From contig JAGWDQ010000137.1 of NCBI GenBank assembly GCA_018260615.1, forward strand, positions 1-20,458: a stretch of DNA of 20,458 nucleotides, read 5' to 3'. Positions 7,756 to 15,755 of this stretch are shown in pieces (the stretch's first letter is position 1; the number at the start of each line of letters is the position of its first letter). A program made the translations under genes and the position numbers. Under the pieces are notes generated by a model. It was not told the DNA's origin. It saw only the letters and a program-made list of their open reading frames with translations, and made no database searches. The stretch is from Candidatus Altarchaeum sp. GTDB taxonomy: Archaea; Altiarchaeota; Altiarchaeia; Altiarchaeales; Altiarchaeaceae.

Positions 7756-8685
7756 GTGATGGACCCCTTTATTTATTTAATTTTTATTCCTTTTTTAATT
7801 TTGATAATTGCTTTAAACAAAGTTAAAGCTCATTTTTTTTGGATATTTAATCGCATTCTTACTATTCTGTGCTCCCTTACTTTATTTTTAAGCGGAATAT
7901 TTGTTTTATTTGCTTCTACTTCTCTATTTATTTCAATTTTACTTATCCTCGCAGGTCTTCTGATTTTATTGTTATTGCACGAAAAATTTAGAGAAAATTT
8001 AATAAAAATCGGACACCTGAACATTGAGTCCGAAAATCCCCGTCATTACTTTGCATTACTCTTATTTTTCTGCATTCTCTTTGCAGCAATTATTTCTTTC
8101 TTGTGGATGACCGAAACAGGAGAGACAATATTCAAAACAGAAATTAACGCTCAATTTAATATCATGGATGTGGTGATTAATGAAATTTTTTATCTGGCAA
8201 TTGCAATATTCGGTTACGGATATTTAACACGGAGAAATTTAAAGGAGACCTTAAACAGTTTGGGTGTAAAAAAGCTAAATTTTTCCGGCATCGTATTCGG
8301 ATTTATCGCAGGTATCGGGTTAATTTTTCTCGTTATAATTTTCTCGTTAATTTTCCAGCATTTCGGGCTTGAGGAAGAAAATACTGACTGGCTCAAAAAT
8401 TTAATAAGCGTTCAAAATGCGTTTATTATAGGTTTGTCTGCAGGAATCTGCGAAGAAATTTTATTCAGAGGTGCCTTACAGCCGAAATTTGGAATCATCC
8501 TGACAGCATTACTTTTTACATCCCTTCATATGCAATATCCCGCGTTATGGATGCTCTTTATTATCTTTACAATAGGGGTTATTTTGGGATATGTCAGAAA
8601 GATGACAAATACAACAACAGCAATCATTGTTCATTCAACTTATAACACTGTTCAGATGTTGATGCTGTGCTTTGTAATGGGATAA
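7756..8685 (+). CDS. CPBP family intramembrane glutamic endopeptidase (Abi/CAAX protease-like)
   Basis: Multi-TM protein with AGICEEILFRG (EEXXXR), LLFTSLH (FXXXH) and IIVHSTYN (HXXXN). Confidence 0.9.
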   Translation: MMDPFIYLIFIPFLILIIALNKVKAHFFWIFNRILTILCSLTLFLSGIFVLFASTSLFISILLILAGLLILLLLHEKFRENLIKIGHLNIESENPRHYFALLLFFCILFAAIISFLWMTETGETIFKTEINAQFNIMDVVINEIFYLAIAIFGYGYLTRRNLKETLNSLGVKKLNFSGIVFGFIAGIGLIFLVIIFSLIFQHFGLEEENTDWLKNLISVQNAFIIGLSAGICEEILFRGALQPKFGIILTALLFTSLHMQYPALWMLFIIFTIGVILGYVRKMTNTTTAIIVHSTYNTVQMLMLCFVMG

Positions 8686-8711
8686 ATTTAGTTATTCTGT
8701 TTGCCGATTGC

Positions 8712-9233
8712 TTATATGCTTATAATCTCCCTTTTATTTTCTTCTTCAAATAATTTTGCCCCGTTTCTTTTAAATTCCTTCATAACTATGTGGGTATTTG
8801 TGCCAATTACACCTTTTTTTGTTGCGATTTTTGCAGTGACAAATTCGGAAATTTCATCCATATTCTCCGCTTCTATGTAAATATGAATATCGTAGTCCCC
8901 GGTTACGACAAAAACATCCTTAACTCTGCTGTCCATTGAAATTTCCTTACAAAATTTTGCAAACCCCTCCCTTTCCTGCGGAATAACCTTTATTTGCAGA
9001 ACTGAAGAAATTTTTTCCTTATTTATTTTTTTCCAGTTGATTATTGACTTAAATCCCATTATTATGCCTTTGTTTTTTAAGTTGTCTATTGTTTTCTTTA
9101 CTTCGCTTTTAGTTATTCCGACCATATCTGAAATTGTTTCGTCGCTAACTCTTGCGTTTTCCTCTAAAATTTTTAAAATTTTGCTTTCTATATCTTTTAT
9201 GCTTTTTGCATCCTTCCTTGTTCGTTTTGCCAT
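8712..9233 (-). CDS. Lrp/AsnC family transcriptional regulator
   Basis: ILKILEENARVS...ISDMVGIT...VKKTIDNLKNKGII HTH, and C-terminal RAM domain VTGDYDI...GVIGTNTHIVMK. Confidence 0.9.
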   Translation of the reverse strand: MAKRTRKDAKSIKDIESKILKILEENARVSDETISDMVGITKSEVKKTIDNLKNKGIIMGFKSIINWKKINKEKISSVLQIKVIPQEREGFAKFCKEISMDSRVKDVFVVTGDYDIHIYIEAENMDEISEFVTAKIATKKGVIGTNTHIVMKEFKRNGAKLFEEENKREIISI

Positions 9234-9275
9234 TTTAAATTTGTTGTTTATAAATTTATAAAATTTAAATTAAAT

Positions 9276-9509
9276 CAAAAGTTTCCCATTTGGAATTACA
9301 ACGCCTACGAATATCGTTTTATCACAAAACAATATGGCTTGTAACGGGGAAAATTATATCAAAAGTTTAAAATGATGCAAAAATTTGCCAAAATATGGGA
9401 TTTTTTGCAGATTTATTACCAAACATAATCTGATTTTTGGAGGTAAATTGATGTAATTTAGTAACTGTCCCATTTCAACACATTTGTTTTCTGAAATGGG
9501 AAACTTTTG
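9276..9509. mobile_element. Putative 234-bp MITE (non-autonomous IS derivative)
   Basis: Perfect 16-bp terminal inverted repeats CAAAAGTTTCCCATTT (9276-9291) and AAATGGGAAACTTTTG (9494-9509), flanked by direct repeat TTAAAT (9270-9275 and 9510-9515). No internal transposase ORF. Confidence 0.7.
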
Positions 9510-11004
9510 TTAAATTTAAACCCTTCAAAATTTCATCACAAAATTTAACATCTCTGCTTCTTCCTTCTTGTTCAAATAATTTTTTCGCTTCCAAAATTTC
9601 TCGTTTTGCTTCATAAATTTTCCCAATTTCTTTATATAAAATTCCTAAATTTCCGTGTGCTTCGGCATCGTTTGGATTTAGCCGCATTGCTTCTCTGTAT
9701 TCTTTCTCTGCTTCTTCATAGCGTTTTAAATTTTGCAATAAATTTCCTAAATTATTATGTGCTTCAGCATAATCTGGATTTATCCTTATTGCTTCTCTGT
9801 ATTCTTTCTCTGCTTCTTTATAGCGTTTTAAATCTTCCAATAAAACTCCTAAATTATAATGTGCATCAGCATAATCTGGATTTAGCCGTATTACTTCTCT
9901 GTATTTTTTTTCTGCTTCTTCATAGCGTTTTAAATCTGCCAATAAAAGTCCTAAATTATTATGTGCTTCAGCAAGATTTGGATTTATCCATATTGCTTCT
10001 CTGTATTCTTTCTCTGCTTCTTCATAGCGTTTTAAATTTTGCAATAAAACTCCTAAATTATTATGTGCTCCAGCATAATCTGGATTTAGCCGTATTGCTT
10101 CTCTGTATTTTTTTTCTGCTTCTTCATAGCGTTTTAAATCTGCCAATAAAAGTCCTAAATTATTATGTGCTTCAGCAAGATTTGGATTTATCCATATTGC
10201 TTCTCTGTATTCTTTCTCTGCTTCTTCATAGCGTTTTAAATTTTGCAATAAAACTCCTAAATTATTATGTGCGTCAGCAAGATTTGGATTTATTCTTATT
10301 GCTTCTTTGTATTCTTTCTCTGCTTCTTCATAGCGTTTTAAATTTTGCAATAAACGTCCTAAATTATAATGTGCTCCAGCAAGATTTGGATTTATTCTTA
10401 TTGCTTCTCTGTATTCTTTTTCTGCTTCTTTATAGCGTTTTAAATTTTGCAATAAAAGTCCTAAATTATTATGTGCTCCAGCATAATTTGGATTTATTCT
10501 TATTGCTTTTCTGTATTCTTTCTCTGCTTCTTCAAACTCATTTAAGTTATAGAACAAATTACCTCTGTTAAGAAATTCTCTCGCATCCTTTTCTATAGGG
10601 ATTTTCTTTTTCTCTTTCTTTTCTATTTCTTTCAATTCATGAACAACTTCGTTTGCCAACTCGGATTTATTTTCAAATTCTATTTGTTGTAATTTTGAAA
10701 GTTCCTTCGTTTCTGAAACTTCAATTTCACTCCATCTACACGGAATTATTCTTTTGTTCAATTTTATCGCTTTCTTGTATTCTTTTATAACCCATTCAGA
10801 TTCCAAAGCTAACTCCGTAATAATGATGATAAAATACTTACATTCTTTGAGTGCCGATTCTATTTCAGATTCCCACGACGCGCCTTTTAGTATAGATAAA
10901 TCAGCCATAAAACAATTATATCCTACTTCTTCAAGTGTTTCTTTTAAATGCTTCGCATAACCTTCTCCAGTTAATTTTTTATAACTTATAAATACATCGT
11001 ACAT
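9475..11004 (-). CDS. TIR domain plus 10 tetratricopeptide repeats protein
   Basis: N-terminal YDVFISY...SEWVIKEY (conserved Glu75)...KRIIP TIR domain. Ten 34-aa TPRs at residues 141-480 with canonical L7, G8, Y17, A20, Y24, A27, P32. Confidence 0.9.
   Translation of the reverse strand: MYDVFISYKKLTGEGYAKHLKETLEEVGYNCFMADLSILKGASWESEIESALKECKYFIIIITELALESEWVIKEYKKAIKLNKRIIPCRWSEIEVSETKELSKLQQIEFENKSELANEVVHELKEIEKKEKKKIPIEKDAREFLNRGNLFYNLNEFEEAEKEYRKAIRINPNYAGAHNNLGLLLQNLKRYKEAEKEYREAIRINPNLAGAHYNLGRLLQNLKRYEEAEKEYKEAIRINPNLADAHNNLGVLLQNLKRYEEAEKEYREAIWINPNLAEAHNNLGLLLADLKRYEEAEKKYREAIRLNPDYAGAHNNLGVLLQNLKRYEEAEKEYREAIWINPNLAEAHNNLGLLLADLKRYEEAEKKYREVIRLNPDYADAHYNLGVLLEDLKRYKEAEKEYREAIRINPDYAEAHNNLGNLLQNLKRYEEAEKEYREAMRLNPNDAEAHGNLGILYKEIGKIYEAKREILEAKKLFEQEGRSRDVKFCDEILKGLNLTKVSHFRKQMC
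9565..10584 (-). repeat. Intragenic 102-bp tandem repeat array encoding the TPRs
   Basis: Recurrent TTCTCTGCTTCTTCATAGCGTTTTAAA and CCTAAATTATTATGTGC blocks at 102-bp spacing. Repeats 2-9 are nearly identical at DNA level. TPR4-5 (10075-10278) and TPR6-7 (9871-10074) differ by only 2 aa. Confidence 0.95.
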
Positions 11005-11049
11005 CTCAACATAATGTTTATTATTTTAAAATTTCATTTGAAACAATTT

Positions 11050-11080
11050 TGTTATGAAACAGTTCTGTTATGAAACAGTT
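11050..11080. promoter_or_regulatory. 15-bp direct repeat (period 16) upstream of the TIR-TPR gene; possible operator
   Basis: TGTTATGAAACAGTT at 11050-11064 and 11066-11080, with a degenerate third copy (TTGAAACAATTT) just before. The repeat is directly seen; a regulatory role is inferred. Confidence 0.45.
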
Positions 11081-11101
11081 TCGTTTCGTTATATTTTAAA
11101 T

Positions 11102-12514
11102 TTATAAATTTCCTGAATTTTTCTTGTTTTGTCCCGTTAAAAATTTCACATTCAAAAATTTCTCAACCTCTTCCTTGCTCAAATATCCTTTTTCAATAAT
11201 TATCTCCCTGCTCCTTTTATTTGTCTTTCTTCTTTCTTTTGCTACTTCCGCACATTTATCATAACCAAGTATAGGATTTAATGCAGTTATCAAAGACAAC
11301 GAATTTTCCGCATAAAATTTACATCTTTCTTCATTTGCTTTAATACCTTTAACTGCCTTTTCCGCGAATATGTTTATTCCGTTTGTCAAAATTTTTATTG
11401 ATTCAATCAATGAATAAGCAATTACAGGCATGTGCGTATTCAACTCCAATTGTCCTGCCGCACAGCAATTTGTAATTGTCAAATCATTTCCAAAGACCTT
11501 AAAGCAGACCTGATTTATTGCCTCACAAATAGACGGATTTATTTTTCCAGGCATTATTGATGAGCCGGGTTCAACCGCAGGCAGAAAAATTTCGTTAAAT
11601 CCCGCATAAGGACCTGAATTAAGCAGTCGTAAATCGTTTGAAATTTTGTTTAAGTCAATTGCTACCATTTTTAATGCAGATGAAAAATTTGCAATATCTG
11701 TTAAAAACTGCACTTCCTCAATTCCGTTTTTTGCAGGAATAAATTTTTTTGACAAATATAAATTTAAATATTCAACTGTCAAGTCCCTGAATTTCGGAGG
11801 CGTGTTTATCCCGGTTCCAATAGCATTCCCGCCGATTGCCAATTCCTCCAAAAATTTTTTGGCAAAATTTACCCTTTCAATATCCTTTTCAATTGCCCTG
11901 CCGTATGCCTGAAATTCCTGTCCGAGTGTCATCGGGACTGCATCCTGTAAATGTGTCCTTCCTGACTTTAAAATATCTTTAAATTCATTGCCTTTATCAG
12001 AAAGTGCATTTTCCAGATTTTTCATCGCGCGGATTAAATTTTCACTCAATAAGTAAGCAGAAATTTTAATTGCACTTGGCATCACATCATTTGTTGACTG
12101 TCCTTTGTTCACATCATCGTTTGGATGAACAATCTTTTTTCCTTTATCTTTTTTCAAAATTTCAACTGCGAGGTTTGCAATTACTTCATTTACATTCATA
12201 TTCAGCGAAGTTCCCGAGCCGGCCTGAAAAATGTCAATCGGAAACTGGGCTTTGTATTTCTCAAAATTTTTTAAAATTTCTTCGGATGCCATGATAATTG
12301 CCTCTCCTTTTCTTTCGTCAATCGCTTTTAATTCCAGATTTGCCTTCGCACAGGAAATTTTTAAATAAATAATTGATTTGAGCATCTCCTCGGACATCAC
12401 AATTCCTGAAATCCGGAAATTTTCAACTGAACGAATCGTGTGAATTCCATAATATGCATCACATGGCACTTCCTTTTCTCCAAGTGAGTCGCTTTCTATT
12501 CTAAATTTATCCAT
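11102..12514 (-). CDS. aspA: Aspartate ammonia-lyase / class II fumarate hydratase family lyase
   Basis: RIESDSLGE, GSGTSLNMNVNEVIAN, HPNDDVNKGQSTND, GRTHLQDAVPMTLGQEF and signature GSSIMPGKINP. QSTND and DAVP lean towards AspA, but FumC activity is not excluded. Confidence 0.8.
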   Translation of the reverse strand: MDKFRIESDSLGEKEVPCDAYYGIHTIRSVENFRISGIVMSEEMLKSIIYLKISCAKANLELKAIDERKGEAIIMASEEILKNFEKYKAQFPIDIFQAGSGTSLNMNVNEVIANLAVEILKKDKGKKIVHPNDDVNKGQSTNDVMPSAIKISAYLLSENLIRAMKNLENALSDKGNEFKDILKSGRTHLQDAVPMTLGQEFQAYGRAIEKDIERVNFAKKFLEELAIGGNAIGTGINTPPKFRDLTVEYLNLYLSKKFIPAKNGIEEVQFLTDIANFSSALKMVAIDLNKISNDLRLLNSGPYAGFNEIFLPAVEPGSSIMPGKINPSICEAINQVCFKVFGNDLTITNCCAAGQLELNTHMPVIAYSLIESIKILTNGINIFAEKAVKGIKANEERCKFYAENSLSLITALNPILGYDKCAEVAKERRKTNKRSREIIIEKGYLSKEEVEKFLNVKFLTGQNKKNSGNL

Positions 12515-12552
12515 TTTAAATTTATCGCTTTTATTTTTCTGCTGTTTTTATC

Positions 12553-13047
12553 TTATTCTCTTCCGATAGGTTTGGGTCGCCATTTCCTGCCGGCAGTCCA
12601 TCCTTCCGATGCGGAATCAATAATATCAAATTTCGGGATGTACGGCTTTATGTCTAAAAGAGGTGTATTGTCTAACATATCAACGCCTTCAACATTTAGG
12701 ATGTTCTTATTGCGCTTCAGCAGTTTCACAATGGAAATGCCAATGTTGTTTGGCCTGCACGGATGCCTTGATGCATAGATTCCGTGTGGTTTATCGTCCA
12801 AGAATGTTGCGCGCACCATTTCTATACCGCCAGCCCTGTCGAAGAGATAAAGCAAATATATATGTGAGAAGGTTTCTATATCTTTCAATCCCGCTTCAAA
12901 TTTTTCAAATACCTCTACGCTACCGATTGATTCGGACGAATAAACCGGCTGGATAGGGCATTCCTCTTTTGTAAGGTAGGGTGTATGTATAATACCAATA
13001 GGTTCTATCTTCGGGCTATCCTTTAATATATTTATATTATTTTTCAT
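12553..13047 (-). CDS. trmO: tRNA (N6-threonylcarbamoyladenosine(37)-N6)-methyltransferase TrmO/TsaA (YaeB/AF0241 family)
   Basis: IEPIGIIHTPY, FSHIYLLYLF, GIYASRHPCRPNNIGISIVKL, GVDMLDNTPLLDIKPY. Confidence 0.9.
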   Translation of the reverse strand: MKNNINILKDSPKIEPIGIIHTPYLTKEECPIQPVYSSESIGSVEVFEKFEAGLKDIETFSHIYLLYLFDRAGGIEMVRATFLDDKPHGIYASRHPCRPNNIGISIVKLLKRNKNILNVEGVDMLDNTPLLDIKPYIPKFDIIDSASEGWTAGRKWRPKPIGRE

Positions 13048-13063
13048 CGTAACTTCTTTTCGC

Positions 13064-13100
13064 CCGCATTTTCTTACTTATTCGAACTAAGAAAAGGCGG
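13064..13100. terminator. 13-bp-stem hairpin between the DJ-1/PfpI gene and trmO; possible terminator or stability element
   Basis: CCGCATTTTCTTA-(11 nt)-TAAGAAAAGGCGG with one mismatch. Function not established. Confidence 0.3.
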
Positions 13101-13294
13101 ATTTATATTATTTTTCATCCTATTTTTACTTTTTCCGCACATTCCCTGCAAATCCATATACCTTTTTCACCTTTTTTTTCCCGTTTTAAAATTTTTAGCC
13201 GGCCTGTAAGAGTTATATTAAATTCCTTTTTACATATTGCACATACTCTTATCTTTTCTTTTTGAACCATTTTAAATATTATCTATCTTAAATT

Positions 13295-13882
13295 TTATTT
13301 TACTTTAAATTTTTTATTCAGTTCTTCAACAATCGCTTTTCCAAATTCTCTTGACGCCCACGGACCATTAGCAGTAATTAAATTTTCATCCTTTACAATC
13401 ACCGTCTTTTGCAGAAAACTTTCATCAGCATTAATCGGAACGCCACCTCCTGCAATTACATCATTGTCCTGTCCGGGCCAGATTGTCGCTTTTTTACCCT
13501 TTAAAATTCCTGTTTTGGCAAGAACTGCGACCGATGAACAGATTGAAGCAACCAGCATTCCTTTTTCTCCTGCATGTTTTATCAGATGAAGCACTTTGTC
13601 ATCCTTTAAAAGATTCAGCCAGCCGGGACTTCCACCCGGAACGACGAGAACAATAAAATTTTTATCTAAATTTTCTATTTCAATTTCATCAAATGTCTTA
13701 TCCGATTCTGTTGATTTTGGCATTCCAGGAATTATTCTCGCGGGAACAATTTTCTGTTTTCCCGCAGTAATAACCTTAAATCCTCCATTCTCAACTTCTT
13801 CCTTTGAGTAGAAATATTCCTCAGGCCTAAATCCGTTTCCTATAATATATAGAACATTTAAGTCCTTTGCTTCGTTTGTCAT
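13295..13882 (-). CDS. DJ-1/PfpI family protein
   Basis: GFRPEEY, LVVPGG, VASICSS nucleophile-elbow Cys, LKGKKAT, LITANGP. Confidence 0.9.
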   Translation of the reverse strand: MTNEAKDLNVLYIIGNGFRPEEYFYSKEEVENGGFKVITAGKQKIVPARIIPGMPKSTESDKTFDEIEIENLDKNFIVLVVPGGSPGWLNLLKDDKVLHLIKHAGEKGMLVASICSSVAVLAKTGILKGKKATIWPGQDNDVIAGGGVPINADESFLQKTVIVKDENLITANGPWASREFGKAIVEELNKKFKVK

Positions 13883-14214
13883 TTTGAAAAATTTGGGATT
13901 TTTTATTTTACTTTATAATTTTTAGTTTATAAATTAATTTTATAAATTATGAAAAAAAGATAAAATATAAAATTTTAAAATATAAAATGTCAAATTTTCA
14001 ACCAAAAACTTATCAGTCAGTTTTTTAATTCTAATTCTTTAATTCCAATTCTTAATTATGCGCACCAAACATAACAAAAATGTTAAGGATGGTGTATGAA
14101 AATGAGAAATAAATTGATGTTTGGAATTCAATTGTGCATAACTTTTTGGTGTTAAATTTTTATATTTCTTAATCGTAATATGTTATCTTTAATGACATTA
14201 ATTAAAATAAGAAA

Positions 14215-14511
14215 ATGCAAACTGCATCATTAAAAGTAATTGAAATTCAAAAGGACTTGCTTTTGCTTCCCGAAGAAAAGTTGGATGAAGTAAAAAATTT
14301 TGTTGAATTTATTCTGTCAAAATCAGGGGTTCCTAAAAGACGGATTGTTAATCTAAAAGGCATATGAGCAAATAAGGGATTTGAAAAAATTGATATAGAA
14401 TCCGAACTAAAAAGTATCAGAAAGGAAGATAAGGAATTGCAGGATTATTCATTAAAGAAGTTTGTAAATGAAACAAAGGACGATGATGAAATATGGGAAT
14501 ACTACCGTTAA
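14215..14511 (+). pseudogene. Antitoxin-like (DUF2281-type) pseudogene with one in-frame TGA
   Basis: Manual translation MQTASLKVIEIQKDLLLLPEEKLDEVKNFVEFILSKSGVPKRRIVNLKGI*ANKGFEKIDIESELKSIRKEDKELQDYSLKKFVNETKDDDEIWEYYR*. TGA at 14365-14367 sits where LKGIW is expected. Family assignment by eye. Confidence 0.6.
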
Positions 14512-14552
14512 GCAGGGAAATTTATTAGACATGAAATAAGAGTTAGCGTTTA

Positions 14553-14652
14553 AATTTTAAAAATATCAGTCAAAAAATTTACCCGGTCGCTTAATATTGA
14601 CAGAAATTTATTTGAAGGGGATATATGAAACACAACTGCACATAATCTAATA
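14553..14652 (+). pseudogene. Degenerate duplicate of the argH 5' end
   Basis: Ungapped match of 14563-14652 to 15724-15813 (offset 1161), 73/90 identical by hand count. Start ATG is ATA, Trp22 TGG is TGA. Translates ISVKKFTRSLNIDRNLFEGDI*NTTAHNLI versus MSLKKFTQSLNIDKRLFEADIWNTTAHNLM. Confidence 0.9.
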
Positions 14653-14706
14653 AAATAAAAATTATAAAGAATATTAATTCTTTAACAAAAAATATAACTT
14701 CGCTAA

Positions 14707-14855
14707 TAACCTCACTGATGTTCGGATATTTTCAAATCTCTGCGATTTGAAAATGCTTGGATATTTTAAAAATATTTACGATTTTAAAAATGGCAAACAT
14801 AGAAGAAGTAACCTCACTCTGTTCGGATATTTCAAAATTTCAAAATTTTGAAATA
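14707..14855 (-). repeat. Second cluster of the REP-like repeat family, overlapping the 5' end of the methyltransferase ORF
   Basis: TAACCTCACTgatGTTCGGATATTT (from 14707) and TAACCTCACTctGTTCGGATATTT (from 14809) are variants of the reverse complement of 86-109. Hairpins at 14728-14754 (11-bp stem) and 14828-14855 (12-bp stem), plus a decayed one at 14763-14791 (25/29 to the reverse complement of 19-47). Confidence 0.85.
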
Positions 14856-15755
14856 ACAAAGGACAAAGTAACAAAATTATTTTGTAAAATCGTAATAGGT
14901 GATAGCAGAAATATGGTGTATATTGAAGATAATTCGGTAAATTTAATTGTCACATCTCCGCCATACTTTAACGCAAAGAAGTATAGCGAGGATGTATCCG
15001 GAAAGGACCTGGGCAATATTGATGACTATGCGACCTGGAAAAAAGAAATAAAAAATGTCTGGAAGGAATGTTTTAGAGTCCTACAACCCGGCAGAAAGAT
15101 GTTTATTAATATAATGAATCTTCCTATTTCAAACGAAAAAAACGAAGGAAATGGTTTTAAGACCTTAAATATCGTGGGACACACTATTGATTTATGCGAA
15201 GATATAGGATTTAAATTCAAACGAGAAATTATCTGGCATAAAACCAATAGCGTCAGAGCACATTTTGGGACATATCCTTACCCCGGCGGGATTTTGATAA
15301 ATTGTATGCACGAGCAGATACTGGAATTTGAAAAACCGGCACCGAAGGGCTATGATAAATATAAACATCTCACAAAAGAAATAAAAGAGGGCTCAAAAAT
15401 TACCAAGGACTTTTGGCTTTCTTTAAAGAACAGCAGCGTTTGGGTAATGAAGCCATATAAAAGCGGAACAAGAGAACACCTGGCACCATTCCCGGTTGAA
15501 TTACCTGAAAAATTGATTAAAGCTTACTCTTATGTAAGTGAAACTGTTTTGGACCCTTTTGCAGGAATGGGAACAACTGCAAAAGCAGCTTTAACAAATA
15601 ACAGAAGCGTTATTTTATATGAAATCAACAATAATTTTTTAAATTTAATAGAGAATAATCTGCCAAGTCCTTTTATTAAATATGAAAAGAAAATAATACA
15701 AAATAAACCTAAAAAATTTAAAAATGTCACTCAAAAAATTTACCCAGTCGCTTAA
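14757..15755 (+). CDS. Beta-class N4-cytosine/N6-adenine DNA methyltransferase (orphan)
   Basis: GDSRNM, catalytic motif IV VTSPPY, CFRVLQPG, IIWHK, HEQIL, HLAPFPVELPEKLI, and motif I VLDPFAGMGTT after motif IV (beta order). Start is uncertain because the first ~33 codons lie in the repeat. The 3' end overlaps argH by 32 bp. Confidence 0.88.
   Translation: MDILKIFTILKMANIEEVTSLCSDISKFQNFEITKDKVTKLFCKIVIGDSRNMVYIEDNSVNLIVTSPPYFNAKKYSEDVSGKDLGNIDDYATWKKEIKNVWKECFRVLQPGRKMFINIMNLPISNEKNEGNGFKTLNIVGHTIDLCEDIGFKFKREIIWHKTNSVRAHFGTYPYPGGILINCMHEQILEFEKPAPKGYDKYKHLTKEIKEGSKITKDFWLSLKNSSVWVMKPYKSGTREHLAPFPVELPEKLIKAYSYVSETVLDPFAGMGTTAKAALTNNRSVILYEINNNFLNLIENNLPSPFIKYEKKIIQNKPKKFKNVTQKIYPVA

Noticed and set aside
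9606-10571. 321-aa Leu-rich repetitive ORF on the + strand
   Set aside because: Antisense shadow of the TPR array. One stop-free 102-bp unit repeated gives a long open frame, and there is no independent motif.
9565-10584. 102-bp repeats as a CRISPR array or DGR target
   Set aside because: The repeats are contiguous in-frame coding units with no unique spacers. There is no cas or reverse transcriptase gene and no separate template repeat in the window.
14024-14057. Low-complexity (T)AATTC(T) run
   Set aside because: Short, degenerate and AT-rich, with no evidence of function.
14365-14628. Two in-frame TGA codons at Trp positions (14365-14367, 14626-14628) suggesting TGA=Trp recoding
   Set aside because: TGA terminates intact genes here (dgt, NDT-like, manC, TIR-TPR) and TGG is used for Trp throughout. 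Both cases lie in decaying fragments with other G-to-A changes.
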